A stretch of DNA of 64,000 nucleotides, from the NCBI GenBank assembly GCA_000002445.1, contig CM000208.1:2592001-2656000 (forward strand), written 5' to 3'. Position 1 is the stretch's first letter; each line of letters starts with the position of its first letter. Of the stretch, positions 22,017 to 33,171 are shown piece by piece. The translations under genes and the position numbers were made by a program. This DNA is from Trypanosoma brucei. Taxonomy: Eukaryota. Under the pieces are notes generated by a model. That model was not told the DNA's origin. It saw only the letters and a list, made by a program, of their open reading frames with translations, and made no database searches.

Positions 22017-23768
22017 CTACCGCAACTCGTCTTCAAGGAGCGAGACTGGCGGGGGTGTAGAGCATTCTGCACGCTGAGGTGACACACTCGGCCAAAATAC
22101 GCGCCAAAACTTTAGCAGCTCGTCTTGTGCCGTACATATTCTTTGCATATCAGGTGCGATGGTTGGACACGTAATGTCTGAACTAGTGTTGGGCGAACCA
22201 AGAGCTCCAATTAAGTGAAGGTTACTACTTTGGCGCAGCTGAATTTGGCCCTTCCCGCGGTGGGTGGTTGCCAGCTCACCAACATCTGGTGGAGCCACAA
22301 TTCCGCTTATGGGGTGCATAGTGTTTATTGCCCGTGTGATAAAGTGGCAACCACCTGTGAACCCTTCATCTTCGGTCCTCGGCGCCGAAGGAACATTTGT
22401 GGTTGGTGCATTTGTGTCGACATAACACATCATGCCATCCTGGCCACCCGTGTACATCTTGCTACGCTTGTCGGGGTCCCAGTGTATGGCTGTTACGGGC
22501 CCGCTGTGGACACTGTCAAAGACATATCGGGGACAGTTCGCGCGTCGTGCATCCCAGACACGCACCGCACCATTTGCGTACCCAGCGGCTAAATAAAAAG
22601 GTTCTTTGGTGCAATAGTTCAAGGATGCAACGCCGTTAGCATGGCCCTCGTAAACTGATATCAGTGCATTTTTGGTTCGTAGGTCAAATACGTACACCCC
22701 ACCGGTCCCAGAATTTAACCCAACGGAGAGCAGCGGGCCGTTCGCTGCAATGTACGATGGCCGCGCTTTGCCGGAGAGACACGTCTGTAACGTACGAAGA
22801 AAACCCACTTGGTGACAATCATAAATGGCAACAGGTCCTTCGTCAAGCGCAAGCGCGACACAGGTGCACCCATCCAGCCAATGCACCGCACGAATTGTCG
22901 CATGCTCCTCTAGGCAAACAATTTGGGAAGCCTTCGCGGTTTCGGCATCCCATCCGTGAAGACCGTTTTTCAGCCCTATGATGAGCTTGTTATTGGTACC
23001 CCAATGCAGCAGCTGCGATACATCTGAAGGAAATTCCGGAGCGTCCAGCGTACGCTCGGGAGTGGTAAACATCACCCGCTGCGTCGGAGCCTTGCCGGGT
23101 TTTATCTTTTTCAGCAGCATTGCTCTTCCAGTCGGTGCATGAGCGAACAATGGGGCGACAGCCGTTCTAGTTGAGTTTGTGTTCGCAGAATACTCGCAGT
23201 GTTTGGGACCATCATCCTCTGTTGGGCTGACGGAGCCAGAGATTGTACGACCCCCGCCACTGCTCGCCAAGTTCGGGGCCACAAGACTACGAAGTGAGTC
23301 TGCGTTGTTAAAGCCCAACACCTCACCACCAATTTTGCGTTGCTTTTGCGTGCTTTCGCTGCTCAGCTGTTCGGCGAGCACTTCGTTGTACATGGAAGTC
23401 ACGTACGACGAGTCATCTGACACAATGGACTCGGAGAAGTGGCTGGAAAACGAAGCTCCAGCAGAATGAGGAAGTGACAACACTCCGCTGGCACCCACTC
23501 CTGGGCTGAGCACAAGGGGTGGAGTTGGCGATGTTGTTAGGTTGTACGCAGATACCACCATGTCCATCCCTTCACGCTGCGGTATGTGTCTTGATAAACG
23601 CACCGGTGGGGTTTCGTCTTCCACTGGCGACCGACTCATCATCCGTGGGTTGTTGGTCGACAATTTCTGAAGTGGAGTACTGCTGCAAAGTTGCGCATGC
23701 CTTTTGGACCGGAATTCTGAAGCTGTTGAATCATATTCTGCCTGCGCCCAATGTCTCATTACCTTCAC
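22017..23768 (-). CDS. WD40-repeat protein, CDC20/Fizzy-like APC/C co-activator candidate.
   Basis: 583-aa ORF. The block RTLDAPEFPSDVSQLLHWGTNNKLIIGLKNGLHGWDAETAK parallels the CDC20 RxLDAPE...NLLDWS..LAVAL...VYLW signature. After it come WD repeats (GHANGVASLNY..., VRVWDARR, HSGPVTAIHWDPD, TGGQDGMMCYVD). Confidence 0.55.
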   Translation of the reverse strand: MKVMRHWAQAEYDSTASEFRSKRHAQLCSSTPLQKLSTNNPRMMSRSPVEDETPPVRLSRHIPQREGMDMVVSAYNLTTSPTPPLVLSPGVGASGVLSLPHSAGASFSSHFSESIVSDDSSYVTSMYNEVLAEQLSSESTQKQRKIGGEVLGFNNADSLRSLVAPNLASSGGGRTISGSVSPTEDDGPKHCEYSANTNSTRTAVAPLFAHAPTGRAMLLKKIKPGKAPTQRVMFTTPERTLDAPEFPSDVSQLLHWGTNNKLIIGLKNGLHGWDAETAKASQIVCLEEHATIRAVHWLDGCTCVALALDEGPVAIYDCHQVGFLRTLQTCLSGKARPSYIAANGPLLSVGLNSGTGGVYVFDLRTKNALISVYEGHANGVASLNYCTKEPFYLAAGYANGAVRVWDARRANCPRYVFDSVHSGPVTAIHWDPDKRSKMYTGGQDGMMCYVDTNAPTTNVPSAPRTEDEGFTGGCHFITRAINTMHPISGIVAPPDVGELATTHRGKGQIQLRQSSNLHLIGALGSPNTSSDITCPTIAPDMQRICTAQDELLKFWRVFWPSVSPQRAECSTPPPVSLLEDELR

Positions 23769-24351
23769 TGCTCGCCAAACCTAACTATTGAAAAAATTTC
23801 CTTTCCACCCTAATTGTGTATGTAGTTGTCCATCACAAAGACATGAGTGTGCGCAGAATGAAGGAGCAAGCAGGTTGATTAATAATCACAGCAGTAAAGG
23901 AAATGTTAACAAAGGGAGGGGGATACAGAGGGGGTTCAGCTGGGGCCTGCGCGAACAGCGCAATAACATGTGAACGAATTAGGCAGTTGGGTGTCGTTGC
24001 TCAACCGATAACGATCCAACGTGCACACGTACGCAGTTGCACTACACTGCTTGATATACTCAAAGAAATATTTCGTGGTGTAATATTCCTCTCCTCGCCG
24101 CTATACCCCTCCACCCCAACTGCAGCGTAGACCTCCACAGCCACACTCTTCTGCTCGCTTTCTCACCGTCCTGAGCACAGTTAAGGAGAGACCACTTGCT
24201 TCCTCCTTTACCTCAGACGGCAGAAGCACTTCCTCGAAGAAAAAAAAATTCAGTTGAGTGAACAGGGGAGAACATAAACATGTAACGGACGTAAGCGAGA
24301 TCGCAAGTTGTCCCGCGATCGGTGCCGCAACACCGTTCCACGTGCCACAGA

Positions 24352-25368
24352 TCACCTCCTACGTGGCGGTTCAATCGGGTTATAAACATCTTTTCTGAGT
24401 GACTGCTGTCTCTCGTGGAAGTGTTGGCAAAGGTGTCGCATCACCGCGTACGTTTTACCATCACTACCCTTCTTTAGAAGTGTCTCGGCAAAGTACGGGA
24501 AGATGTCCCAGTAATAGTCCGGAGGAACAAAAAATTCCAATCGGGCTAGAAGCACCACTGCAACTATGTCCCCTGATAGTATTGAGATAAATACGGGCTT
24601 TGCGCAGTTGGTGAGCATGTTCTTCACCTGGTGCTGTGGCTTAGCATCACGATACCCAAAGAAGTGCACAAACTGCTCAAACTGTGTGTGCCGTTGTTTC
24701 CACCGCCTGGATATCTCTGTGAAAACGCGTGTGCGATTATCTCGAATCCAGTCAAACTTAAGTATGCTGTTTAGCTCCTGCCACTGCTTATGTTCCGTAA
24801 TCTTAGGCAGTGGGAGGTGGTAACCCTCTCCGCACAGGTATTCGCGAATGAGGGACACAATGTTGGGGTGACGCTCGGCTAATACTCGCAGCCGCAGTGA
24901 GCTCTGCTTGGCCTCAAACACAAGAGTAAGTTGGATTAGCCCCCACACGACGTTTCCAGACTGCAGAAGCACTGCGCTGAGGCGGTTCGAAGCTGCCCGA
25001 CGCACAGCCCCGGCGACGATACCACGAACCTCTTCACATGCTTCGGGCCCGTTGGCACACTCGGGGCAGAGGGGTTGCCGGTTCCCTTCAATTAAAGCAC
25101 GCGTTCCATCAACGGGCTCCCGGCCATCCTCCACTAGTTTCGCCACATGCTCAACATCGAGTACCTCGTGGGCGTGCGGAAGGCGTGCGAAGAGGGCGGC
25201 GAAATCCACCGGGAGGGCCGATGCCGACGGCACACCCGTCCGAGGGGCGCGTCGGATGCTTTCAACCACGGAGAGTTCAATGCGCTTCAGCTCCGCGCGG
25301 CTGTAGACCCGCCTATGTGAATGCGCCAGTGCAAAAGTTGGGAAGAACGGCGGCGCTTCGGGGTTCAT
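24352..25368 (-). CDS. Hypothetical protein, 338 aa.
   Basis: Complete ORF, co-directional with its neighbours. I recognise no motif. Confidence 0.5.
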   Translation of the reverse strand: MNPEAPPFFPTFALAHSHRRVYSRAELKRIELSVVESIRRAPRTGVPSASALPVDFAALFARLPHAHEVLDVEHVAKLVEDGREPVDGTRALIEGNRQPLCPECANGPEACEEVRGIVAGAVRRAASNRLSAVLLQSGNVVWGLIQLTLVFEAKQSSLRLRVLAERHPNIVSLIREYLCGEGYHLPLPKITEHKQWQELNSILKFDWIRDNRTRVFTEISRRWKQRHTQFEQFVHFFGYRDAKPQHQVKNMLTNCAKPVFISILSGDIVAVVLLARLEFFVPPDYYWDIFPYFAETLLKKGSDGKTYAVMRHLCQHFHERQQSLRKDVYNPIEPPRRR

Positions 25369-25982
25369 AACCTCCGCCGCCTATGAAAAATTGGGCAAAA
25401 ATAATAATAATAAGTGTAGACGTAGCAGCAGACATACGTATAGAGGCAAGCAGGAACACTGGTTGTAAAGTATGTGCATGTGCAAGTGGGTGTTTAGGTA
25501 ACATTTGGCGCTTGCGACACGCTTATTCAGCAAAGAGTTGCAATGCAGGGCGAATGGAAGAGGGTGGAGTGGGGAAAGATGTTGATACGTTACCGCACAT
25601 TGTCAACTTCTCCCTTCAGCGTATACACAAACATGGAACAGCAAAAACGATGGGTGAAGCACGGTTGGCTGTTGATTGGGAGAGGAGAACATTAGAAACA
25701 ACCGCACAAACTGGGATGTCGAAGGCAGACGAAATCCATGTCGCAGTGTTGATAACAGTGTCACGGGGCGAGCGCGCTGCTTGGTCCATCAATTAAACTG
25801 CATGGAATGCCCCCACAAAATTGCAAGTCCCGTTGAGGGCTGATGACGTGGTGGGGAAAGGATAAGCGGGATCGTTTCATGGTTGAAGCATTTTTCCATT
25901 CGATTCGTTGTCGCGCCCTCGATTTTTGTGCATTCATAGGTGAGGAAATGGTGTCGAATGAGCAGACAAATATTCCTATTTG

Positions 25983-26879
25983 TTATCTTCCGCGCGACTT
26001 TTTCACCGCCACCTGATCTGGAAGAAATCGTCGTTCCCCCACCCATGGAGGTCTAAATGTGTACATCAAATGACCGTCTTCAGTAACTACGTCCCATCCC
26101 TCTGGCACTTTTTTTAAGTCAAATGCCCGCACAACGTCACATCTCTTCAGTAGCGCGTTCATATAACGCAGTGCCGTCACTGGATTACGGACAGCGTCTA
26201 AATTCATGAAAACAACAATTAGGTCCTCCGCACTGGAAACGACCATGGGATCTGCTTCCGGCCAATCTGCGGCAACCGCCTTATAGAGCCTGGCGACGCA
26301 ATCTCCCAACATATACCGAGTGGGTTTGTCCAGTGCGTTCTTACCTCCAGCAACAAACCGGCAGGCGATACGTTTGTAGCAGCTCATAAACTGACGCTGT
26401 CTTTCGATCTCACGTGGGCGATCATAGGGATCGGAGGCCAAGCAATAAGCTGTAAAGGGGTTGTTGTAACGACGGTGTCTCCTGAACGCAGCAGCTGACG
26501 CCAAAAAGGATCTTTTTTCCTCTTCAGAGTCCACCGATCCTAATGTGCTCTGTCTCTTTTGTTTGTCTTTTTGGCCTGTGCGCTTGTTTTTCGCCCTCTG
26601 GGGAAGTGATGGTGGATACATTGAATCCCCTGGGCTTAATGCTCCGTCATTGCACGTTGGGAAGGATATATTAGGCATCGAAGACACACCACTTTCGTAT
26701 GACGGTTGCCCCACCGATGGCAGGGAAGATGGCGCAAACATGTGCGACGTCCCGCTGCTACTCGGCCTCGCACACCTCGACATGAGCGCTACCCGAAACC
26801 GTGACTCCCGGAACCCTCCGTTCCGCAATTGTCCTGTGCGGGATGTCCTTGATTGCGAGACACTTCTCCGCTCCTTCAT
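25983..26879 (-). CDS. Hypothetical protein, 298 aa.
   Basis: Complete ORF on the cluster strand; basic, Ser-rich N-terminus. No motif recognised. Confidence 0.45.
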   Translation of the reverse strand: MKERRSVSQSRTSRTGQLRNGGFRESRFRVALMSRCARPSSSGTSHMFAPSSLPSVGQPSYESGVSSMPNISFPTCNDGALSPGDSMYPPSLPQRAKNKRTGQKDKQKRQSTLGSVDSEEEKRSFLASAAAFRRHRRYNNPFTAYCLASDPYDRPREIERQRQFMSCYKRIACRFVAGGKNALDKPTRYMLGDCVARLYKAVAADWPEADPMVVSSAEDLIVVFMNLDAVRNPVTALRYMNALLKRCDVVRAFDLKKVPEGWDVVTEDGHLMYTFRPPWVGERRFLPDQVAVKKSRGR

Positions 26880-28357
26880 CGTAGTGTGGAGGGCTGAAAT
26901 TGCGCGGCCTACGCTCTACCTTACCTCCCCTCTCCCCTTCACTTGCCAGCGTAACCTTACTTTGGCGTCGTTTTTGCAAGTTGACCAAGCAATGATGGAG
27001 GCTGCTGGGGGACGATCACGGTCAGCAAAAAAAAAAAAAAAGAGATGCCAAGGGTGTAGAGTAAGAAAAAATACCCAAAAGAAGACTGTAAGTTGGGGAG
27101 CATAAAGGGATAAAGGGAGCCATGCCGCTGTTAAAAAGGTCCGCGCCTCGTCCGTAGGGGGCATGTATGGATATGAACGAAAAAATGTACATTCATGTAC
27201 CGGCACGAGCGAGACTTTAGGTGGAAAACACGGGTTCCCGAGAAGGGGCGGGGAAAAGAAAACATTCTACAGGTGCAAAGTAGGAAGTTATTCTTCACTT
27301 GGCACATGACACAAATGAAGCAGACTACAGTGCACTCCTCCTGCAATTAGTCTCGACCGCTCGGTTCTGTATTATGCGAGTGGTAAGAAAGAGTCTCCTG
27401 TAGAGCTCCAGAGAGACGAATTGCTTTTCAAACGGCAAAACACACGAGCACCGGACTACCGGAGGGATGGGAAGCGCCTCCGGTAGCTGAACGACAAACT
27501 AGGACGCTTTTGACACTCCATGACTGGGATTTATCCATCGTTCGAAATGTGTTCCTCAAAGCACCTAAGCCGTTCCAGCACATCCGCTCCTCCACATTTA
27601 CACTTCGCGGTGCGATACAGAGGAATGAAAGCCAGTGAGGGGCGGTCATACGCCACAAGATCGCTACTTTCTTTGAAGATTACATCAACCGGCTGAGAAA
27701 AGGAAAGGTTTAGGAGGAAAAAAAGGGGGTAAATAAGAGAATAGAAAAATAGCAGCAAAATCAATTTATTCCAGTCCCAAATCCAGAATTCTTCATAGCC
27801 ACAATTTTTTTTTCAAAAAAAAAAAAATGCCCCCACTGTTGTCCCTGTACAGGTCCTCAGCCGCCAGCTGAGTATCCATGTTATTTGGCACCCTGGTCTC
27901 TCTACATCCTTTTTAGAAACTTCCCGTTTGCGTTTGTAGCTCCCCCTTTGGTTCTTCAGTTATTTTCATCCCCCCTCCTCATTCCCCCTTAGATTCTACG
28001 AGGTACTGAAGTAAGGATAGCAAAAGAATAATAAAAAGGAACTATTACTAACGACCAATCGGCCCCCTTCGGACTCAGCCGTGACATTTCTTTCAGCACA
28101 CTGGCACACCAAATCATGTGAGTCGTACGCGGGTGCGAAAGGAAATTAACGTGCCAATCCAATGCGAAAGGCTGGTGAAGTCAAATGCGATGAGGGGTAT
28201 ATCAAGAGAGAAAGGGACTGGGGGGGGGGGCGGGAAAGCCCAAAACAACGACAACAGAAAAAAAAAAGAAAAAATAGAAAAATAATGATAAAGCAGCTTT
28301 AAAAGAAAAACCCAACAACAAATTTCTCTGACTCCCGCTTTAAGTCCTTCTACCTTC

Positions 28358-31213
28358 TCACACCTCCACCAATGACGACAACAATGCATCTTCCTTAATC
28401 TCGCTGCACAACCGCCGACGGGCAGCCTCCCTCGAGTCACCGTCGCCCTCCCCACTTTCCAACTCGCGGATGCGCTTTGCATACTCCGTCACCCGTTGCA
28501 CAACCTCCGGCGTGGCGGTGGAAAAGAGCGCCTGAGCGCGGTTCTTGGTTTCGTCTCCCCCGAAATCCTCCAACTCCACAGCCTTCTGCCGCGCGGAATC
28601 GAGCACGTCGTCGGGAATGTGCGCGAGTTGCGCCACGTACAATCCGTAGCTGCGCCCGCATGGCCCTGGTTGAAGTTGGTAAGAGAAACGTAAGGTCCGA
28701 GCGGCAGTATCCACATCAGCGCCGAAATGAACGTTCCGCACGTTTGTATGTCGGGCCGCAAGTTGTGTCATTTCGTGGAAATGAGTTGAAAAGAGAAGTG
28801 CAGACTTTGCGTTGACTGCCACCTCCTGTGCAATGGCCCAGGCAAGACCGAATCCATCGTACGTTGACGTCCCCCGGCCCAGTTCATCTACAATGGCCAG
28901 AGTCTGTTGGGTGGCGGAGTTGAGCATAGCCGCGGACTCGAGCATTTCCACCATGAAGGTAGAAACTCCTTGCGCAAGGTGGTCTGTCGCGCCAACACGG
29001 CACATGATCGCGTCACGGACAACAATATCCGCTGAATCCGCGGGAACAAAGCACCCAGCTTGGGCGAGTGCGACACAAACACCAATGCTCCTCATGAAAG
29101 TTGACTTACCTCCCATATTTGGCCCAGTTATTATAAGGGCATTGGCCTCGTTGGTAAGTTGTACAGTATTCGGTGTGAAGGCGGGCTGCCGCAGTTCAAC
29201 AAGGGGGTGTCGGGCGTTCACAATGGTCAAAATAGCACCATTGCTGTTGTTGTCAACGTTTCCTTTCACCTCCTCACTCTGTGGTGCCCTCACGGTGGGA
29301 CGCACCATCGGCCGCGACGAATCCTTCACTACGAGTGCCCACGCCGCGAACACATCCAATGCTGCAAGTAGCTCTTTCGCATCATCAAGGACCGGGAGGT
29401 ATGTAGCTACAGTATCAACGAGCTTTTTTTTGAGGACCTGCTGACGTGTCTTGTAGTCCTCAGTAATGCCCTTATACTGCTCGCTCAGCGATGATAATTG
29501 CCCGGATACGAACCGTACGCCATCCTTTGCTGTGCTTACCGTTATGAACTCTTTGCTCGTGCGCACCTGGTGGTCATCTTTCCGAGGAACGCGGAAGACA
29601 TAACCGTAACTAGCGTGATATTCACACTTCATTTGTTTTTCAGTCCATCCGCACTGTTTCAGCACACGGTGGTTTTCTTTTTCAATCGCCTTCACAAGAT
29701 TCTGACGCTGCCGCTCCAGGAAGCTGAGGTCATCGTCAAATTCAGGGTTAATACGCACGGTATTCTCATCTGACAAGTCAACGGTTGCATTTATCAACGT
29801 GCGCAGATTTGAAAGATGCTCGCTAATGTCTTCCAGAGGTGTCACGTATCCCTTCAAAAGTAAGCTGCTGTCGTGCCCGCCGTGATATGTTCGCAGCACA
29901 TCGACCGCTAGGGGTACAGTATTAGCGAAGACAAGAATAGATTGCAGGTCCTTGAGAGCCACTGTGCGGCGTTGCAACTTTCGGTTCAACCTGTCCATGT
30001 CAGTGCAGCGCCGCAGTACCTGCGTGATCAGCGCATCCCTTAGGATTGGACTCTCCACCATTATCTGTACAAGCGAGAGCCGTTGATTTATATCTTCGAT
30101 GCTCCGCAACGGTTGGAGTAGCCACTGCTGCATCAGTCGCGACCCCATACCCGTAGTACAGCGGTTCAACCACGAGTAAATAGACGTTGGCATCGATCCT
30201 CGTGCCTCTGGCTTTCGGTGGATTATATGCAGCGCCTCGATGGCTGCCGCATCCATCTTCATGAACGTAGAAGGGACAACATGCTTAAGGTAAAATGTAT
30301 GTTGATTAGTGGAATCGAATGGATCTATGGCGGATTCTAGAAGGCTTTCCAAAGCCCTGGAAGCAAGAGGGAAGCTATTTAAACCATGTCTATCTTCCGG
30401 CACGCGAAGAATCCCTTCGAGCGTGCTAAGTAGCTCTCCATTCGGGCCAGTGCTGTTACGCTTCGTGGCCCTGGACTTCTGCTTTCCATGAGGTAGATTA
30501 CTTTGTCCACGCTCTTGGAGCGTAATGTTCGCTCGTTCACAGAGCTGCTTGAGTGCTCGTAACAAATCACTCTGTTCCCTACTTTCGTCAGAGTCTGCAG
30601 CCTTCTCACCCGTATTATTCATCGAAAAGTCAGTGTTAGAGTACAGCAGCTGCTTCAGGTTACACTGCGCCATAAGCACATCAAGGTTTGTTAACTGTGG
30701 TGTGTCATGATATTCCGCGTACGTAAGTGTCCGTAGTGTTGTATTGAGCGCTGCGTAACCCACCCGGACGTGCTGTCCACCTGGGCCATTAACCCTATTT
30801 GCTTTATCGTCAATAACCACACTCCCAATTGCCATGAGTTGTATCTCTGCGTCTTCGAAGGCAAAGAGCATTGCTTCGAAGTCTGCAATGTGCCCAGGGG
30901 AGCCGCGCCGCATGCAAACATATCTGCCGCCGCTCGTCTGTCGGTCGTATTGTTCAACAGAAACACCGCGTCGAAGCAGGCAGTCACGTATGACTTCGCG
31001 GGTGATGCTGTCATTAACGGCGACGGCATCCACTCCGCTCCAGTTCTTCAGAACGGCAGTGGACTTGACATATTCACGCGCCACGAGTGAAGCCCAGCTG
31101 CCTAGAATAAAACAGCCAGCCGATGCACGCGAGAACAACCGCAAGCAGGAAGTATCATCGCCACCGGCACCATTAAAGGCCTGCACCACCGCCGGGTCGC
31201 GGTCGTCACTCAT
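28358..31213 (-). CDS. MSH2: DNA mismatch repair MutS homologue, MSH2-like, 951 aa.
   Basis: MutS ATPase domain: Walker A in ITGPNMGGKSTFMRS, the STFMVEMLE signature, Walker B in LAIVDELGRGTSTYDGFGLAWAI, and the STHFHEMT motif. The upstream core and lever regions are also present. Size and architecture fit MSH2. Confidence 0.8.
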   Translation of the reverse strand: MSDDRDPAVVQAFNGAGGDDTSCLRLFSRASAGCFILGSWASLVAREYVKSTAVLKNWSGVDAVAVNDSITREVIRDCLLRRGVSVEQYDRQTSGGRYVCMRRGSPGHIADFEAMLFAFEDAEIQLMAIGSVVIDDKANRVNGPGGQHVRVGYAALNTTLRTLTYAEYHDTPQLTNLDVLMAQCNLKQLLYSNTDFSMNNTGEKAADSDESREQSDLLRALKQLCERANITLQERGQSNLPHGKQKSRATKRNSTGPNGELLSTLEGILRVPEDRHGLNSFPLASRALESLLESAIDPFDSTNQHTFYLKHVVPSTFMKMDAAAIEALHIIHRKPEARGSMPTSIYSWLNRCTTGMGSRLMQQWLLQPLRSIEDINQRLSLVQIMVESPILRDALITQVLRRCTDMDRLNRKLQRRTVALKDLQSILVFANTVPLAVDVLRTYHGGHDSSLLLKGYVTPLEDISEHLSNLRTLINATVDLSDENTVRINPEFDDDLSFLERQRQNLVKAIEKENHRVLKQCGWTEKQMKCEYHASYGYVFRVPRKDDHQVRTSKEFITVSTAKDGVRFVSGQLSSLSEQYKGITEDYKTRQQVLKKKLVDTVATYLPVLDDAKELLAALDVFAAWALVVKDSSRPMVRPTVRAPQSEEVKGNVDNNSNGAILTIVNARHPLVELRQPAFTPNTVQLTNEANALIITGPNMGGKSTFMRSIGVCVALAQAGCFVPADSADIVVRDAIMCRVGATDHLAQGVSTFMVEMLESAAMLNSATQQTLAIVDELGRGTSTYDGFGLAWAIAQEVAVNAKSALLFSTHFHEMTQLAARHTNVRNVHFGADVDTAARTLRFSYQLQPGPCGRSYGLYVAQLAHIPDDVLDSARQKAVELEDFGGDETKNRAQALFSTATPEVVQRVTEYAKRIRELESGEGDGDSREAARRRLCSEIKEDALLSSLVEV

Positions 31214-33171
31214 AATACTTTTTACAGTTGTTGCTGACTACACATCCGTTGGGATAAAGAGATAGAACCAGTGAAAAGGGTTTGAAAGGAAGGGAAACAG
31301 TAACGCCTAACGTTGAGGTAGACGTGGAGAAGAGCACAGTGTTGACCTAGCCTCGCTCAAGCACTTCGGCACAGAAGAAAGGACTCGGCAGAGAAGCGTT
31401 TCATCCACTACCTTTGCCTGTAGCTGCCTTCCCGCTGTTCGGCATCGCATGCATCAGACCGACATCGTGTCGACGGTAGTTCAACACTGATAAACAGTGC
31501 CGTTATCTGATGACCTCCACGATGCACTATTTCCCTCATGGCAGGCCTCCTAAATATCCACCAAATTGCGAGCAAAACGTTAAGAACTCCACGGCGCCCT
31601 GGTGCGGACAGTGGAGGTGGCAACAAGAACATCGAAGATTCCCTCATTCCACATCTGTGCAGCGTCATCAGAGGAGGCGCTGTTTTCTCCTGGACTCGCT
31701 GCTATTTAAAGTATCATGTGCCCCCGTGATGTTCGTCAATATTTACCTTTAGCCCATGAAAACACAACTGAAGGGTGGAAAAAAAGGGTAGAAGCATTTG
31801 AATAGCGACAAAGCTCTCATATTGCTTTTAACAGGGTGACCAGTTTTTGTGCATGTTCGTACATATGTTACATATACGCACGCATAGAAGCTTCCCTCCC
31901 CTTTTCGTTAAGTCTTTTAAAGTTAGTTGAACCTTACGCTCAGAAAATGGGTTACACCCTCCACATAACTGACACAACTTGCCTACAACGGGCTCGTTTA
32001 TGAGAAGAAACTATAATGGATCAGGGCAAAAAGCGCTCCTGTTGGGACCAAAACAGAAAAAATCCAACAATAACAACAGGCGTGACAAGCATGCGTAAAG
32101 GCTCCTGAGTCCTCAGAGGCAATTACAGTCGTTCATTCACCATTTCCCCACTTAGCTTTGCATCTTGCTCCGTTAGACATGCTGAGATACGAAATGTTTT
32201 CTTACCTTCTTGCGTTGCCAAATCGTCCGCCTTCTCAGTTGCATGTTAACCGACGTTCACTTTTTCTACGCCGCCAAGCCCTACGACAAACGGCTCTAGA
32301 ATTCCTCTTCGTCCTCCTCCTGCGGCCCCCCTTCACGCTCAGGCATTTGCAATCCAAATGGCGGCGCGCGTACAACTGGTGACAACGTTGGGATCAAGAC
32401 GGACGCTCCTTCGGCGATGGCGTTGGGGCCACTCAATACAAAGAGACTGAGCACCATCCCGGCACCGATAGACGGCATCCACCAGTTAACCTTCGTTACG
32501 AACCAATCAGCAGCATGGTCGAAAAGATGGTGAAGTTTTTGATAAAAATACTTCTCTTCCCAGGTTGCCTGGGGGACGGCGGGGCGACCGAACATCATCA
32601 CTGCAGAGGACTTGTTACACTAACGAGAAGGTAGTCTGTTACACAAGCACACAAGGAAGAAGATTGTTACAAAGGGCAGAAACTGTATCCAACCAACCCA
32701 TAGACACATATTTGCATGTGTTGGACTGAGCGTTGAGAGTGCGGAGTTGACGATGAGAAAGCAGAAAAAGTATAAATAGGGGTTAGTGGCTGCATTCGAG
32801 ATTGATGAGGTGCTGCTCCACACATGTGCAGAATTGTGTGCGTTGGTTCCCCATGCAGCATGACTTTCCCCCCTTCCAAGGCGATTAAAAAGAAAGTAAT
32901 AATAATAAAGGACCTAATGAACTAATCAAAAAATAAATAACCTCTGTGAAAAAATAGCTCAGCCAATGCCGCTTCCAAATCTTTTAGTGGGATGCTCAGA
33001 AGAATAGCAACGGTAAAAACACACACACACACACACACACACACATATCTTGTTCGCCAGCCTGTGGGCATTGTGTTTGAAAAGCAATCGGTCACTTCAC
33101 TCACATCTGCTGTCTCTGATTTTTGGGAGCTACCGCTGTCCCATAAGGGACACTACGCTACCCACCGCAGC

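Noticed and set aside
22215-25370. Plus-strand ORFs of 80 to 130 aa inside the WD40 gene and the 24352..25368 gene.
   Set aside because: They are antisense to longer, motif-bearing minus-strand ORFs, and nothing else supports a plus-strand gene within this block.
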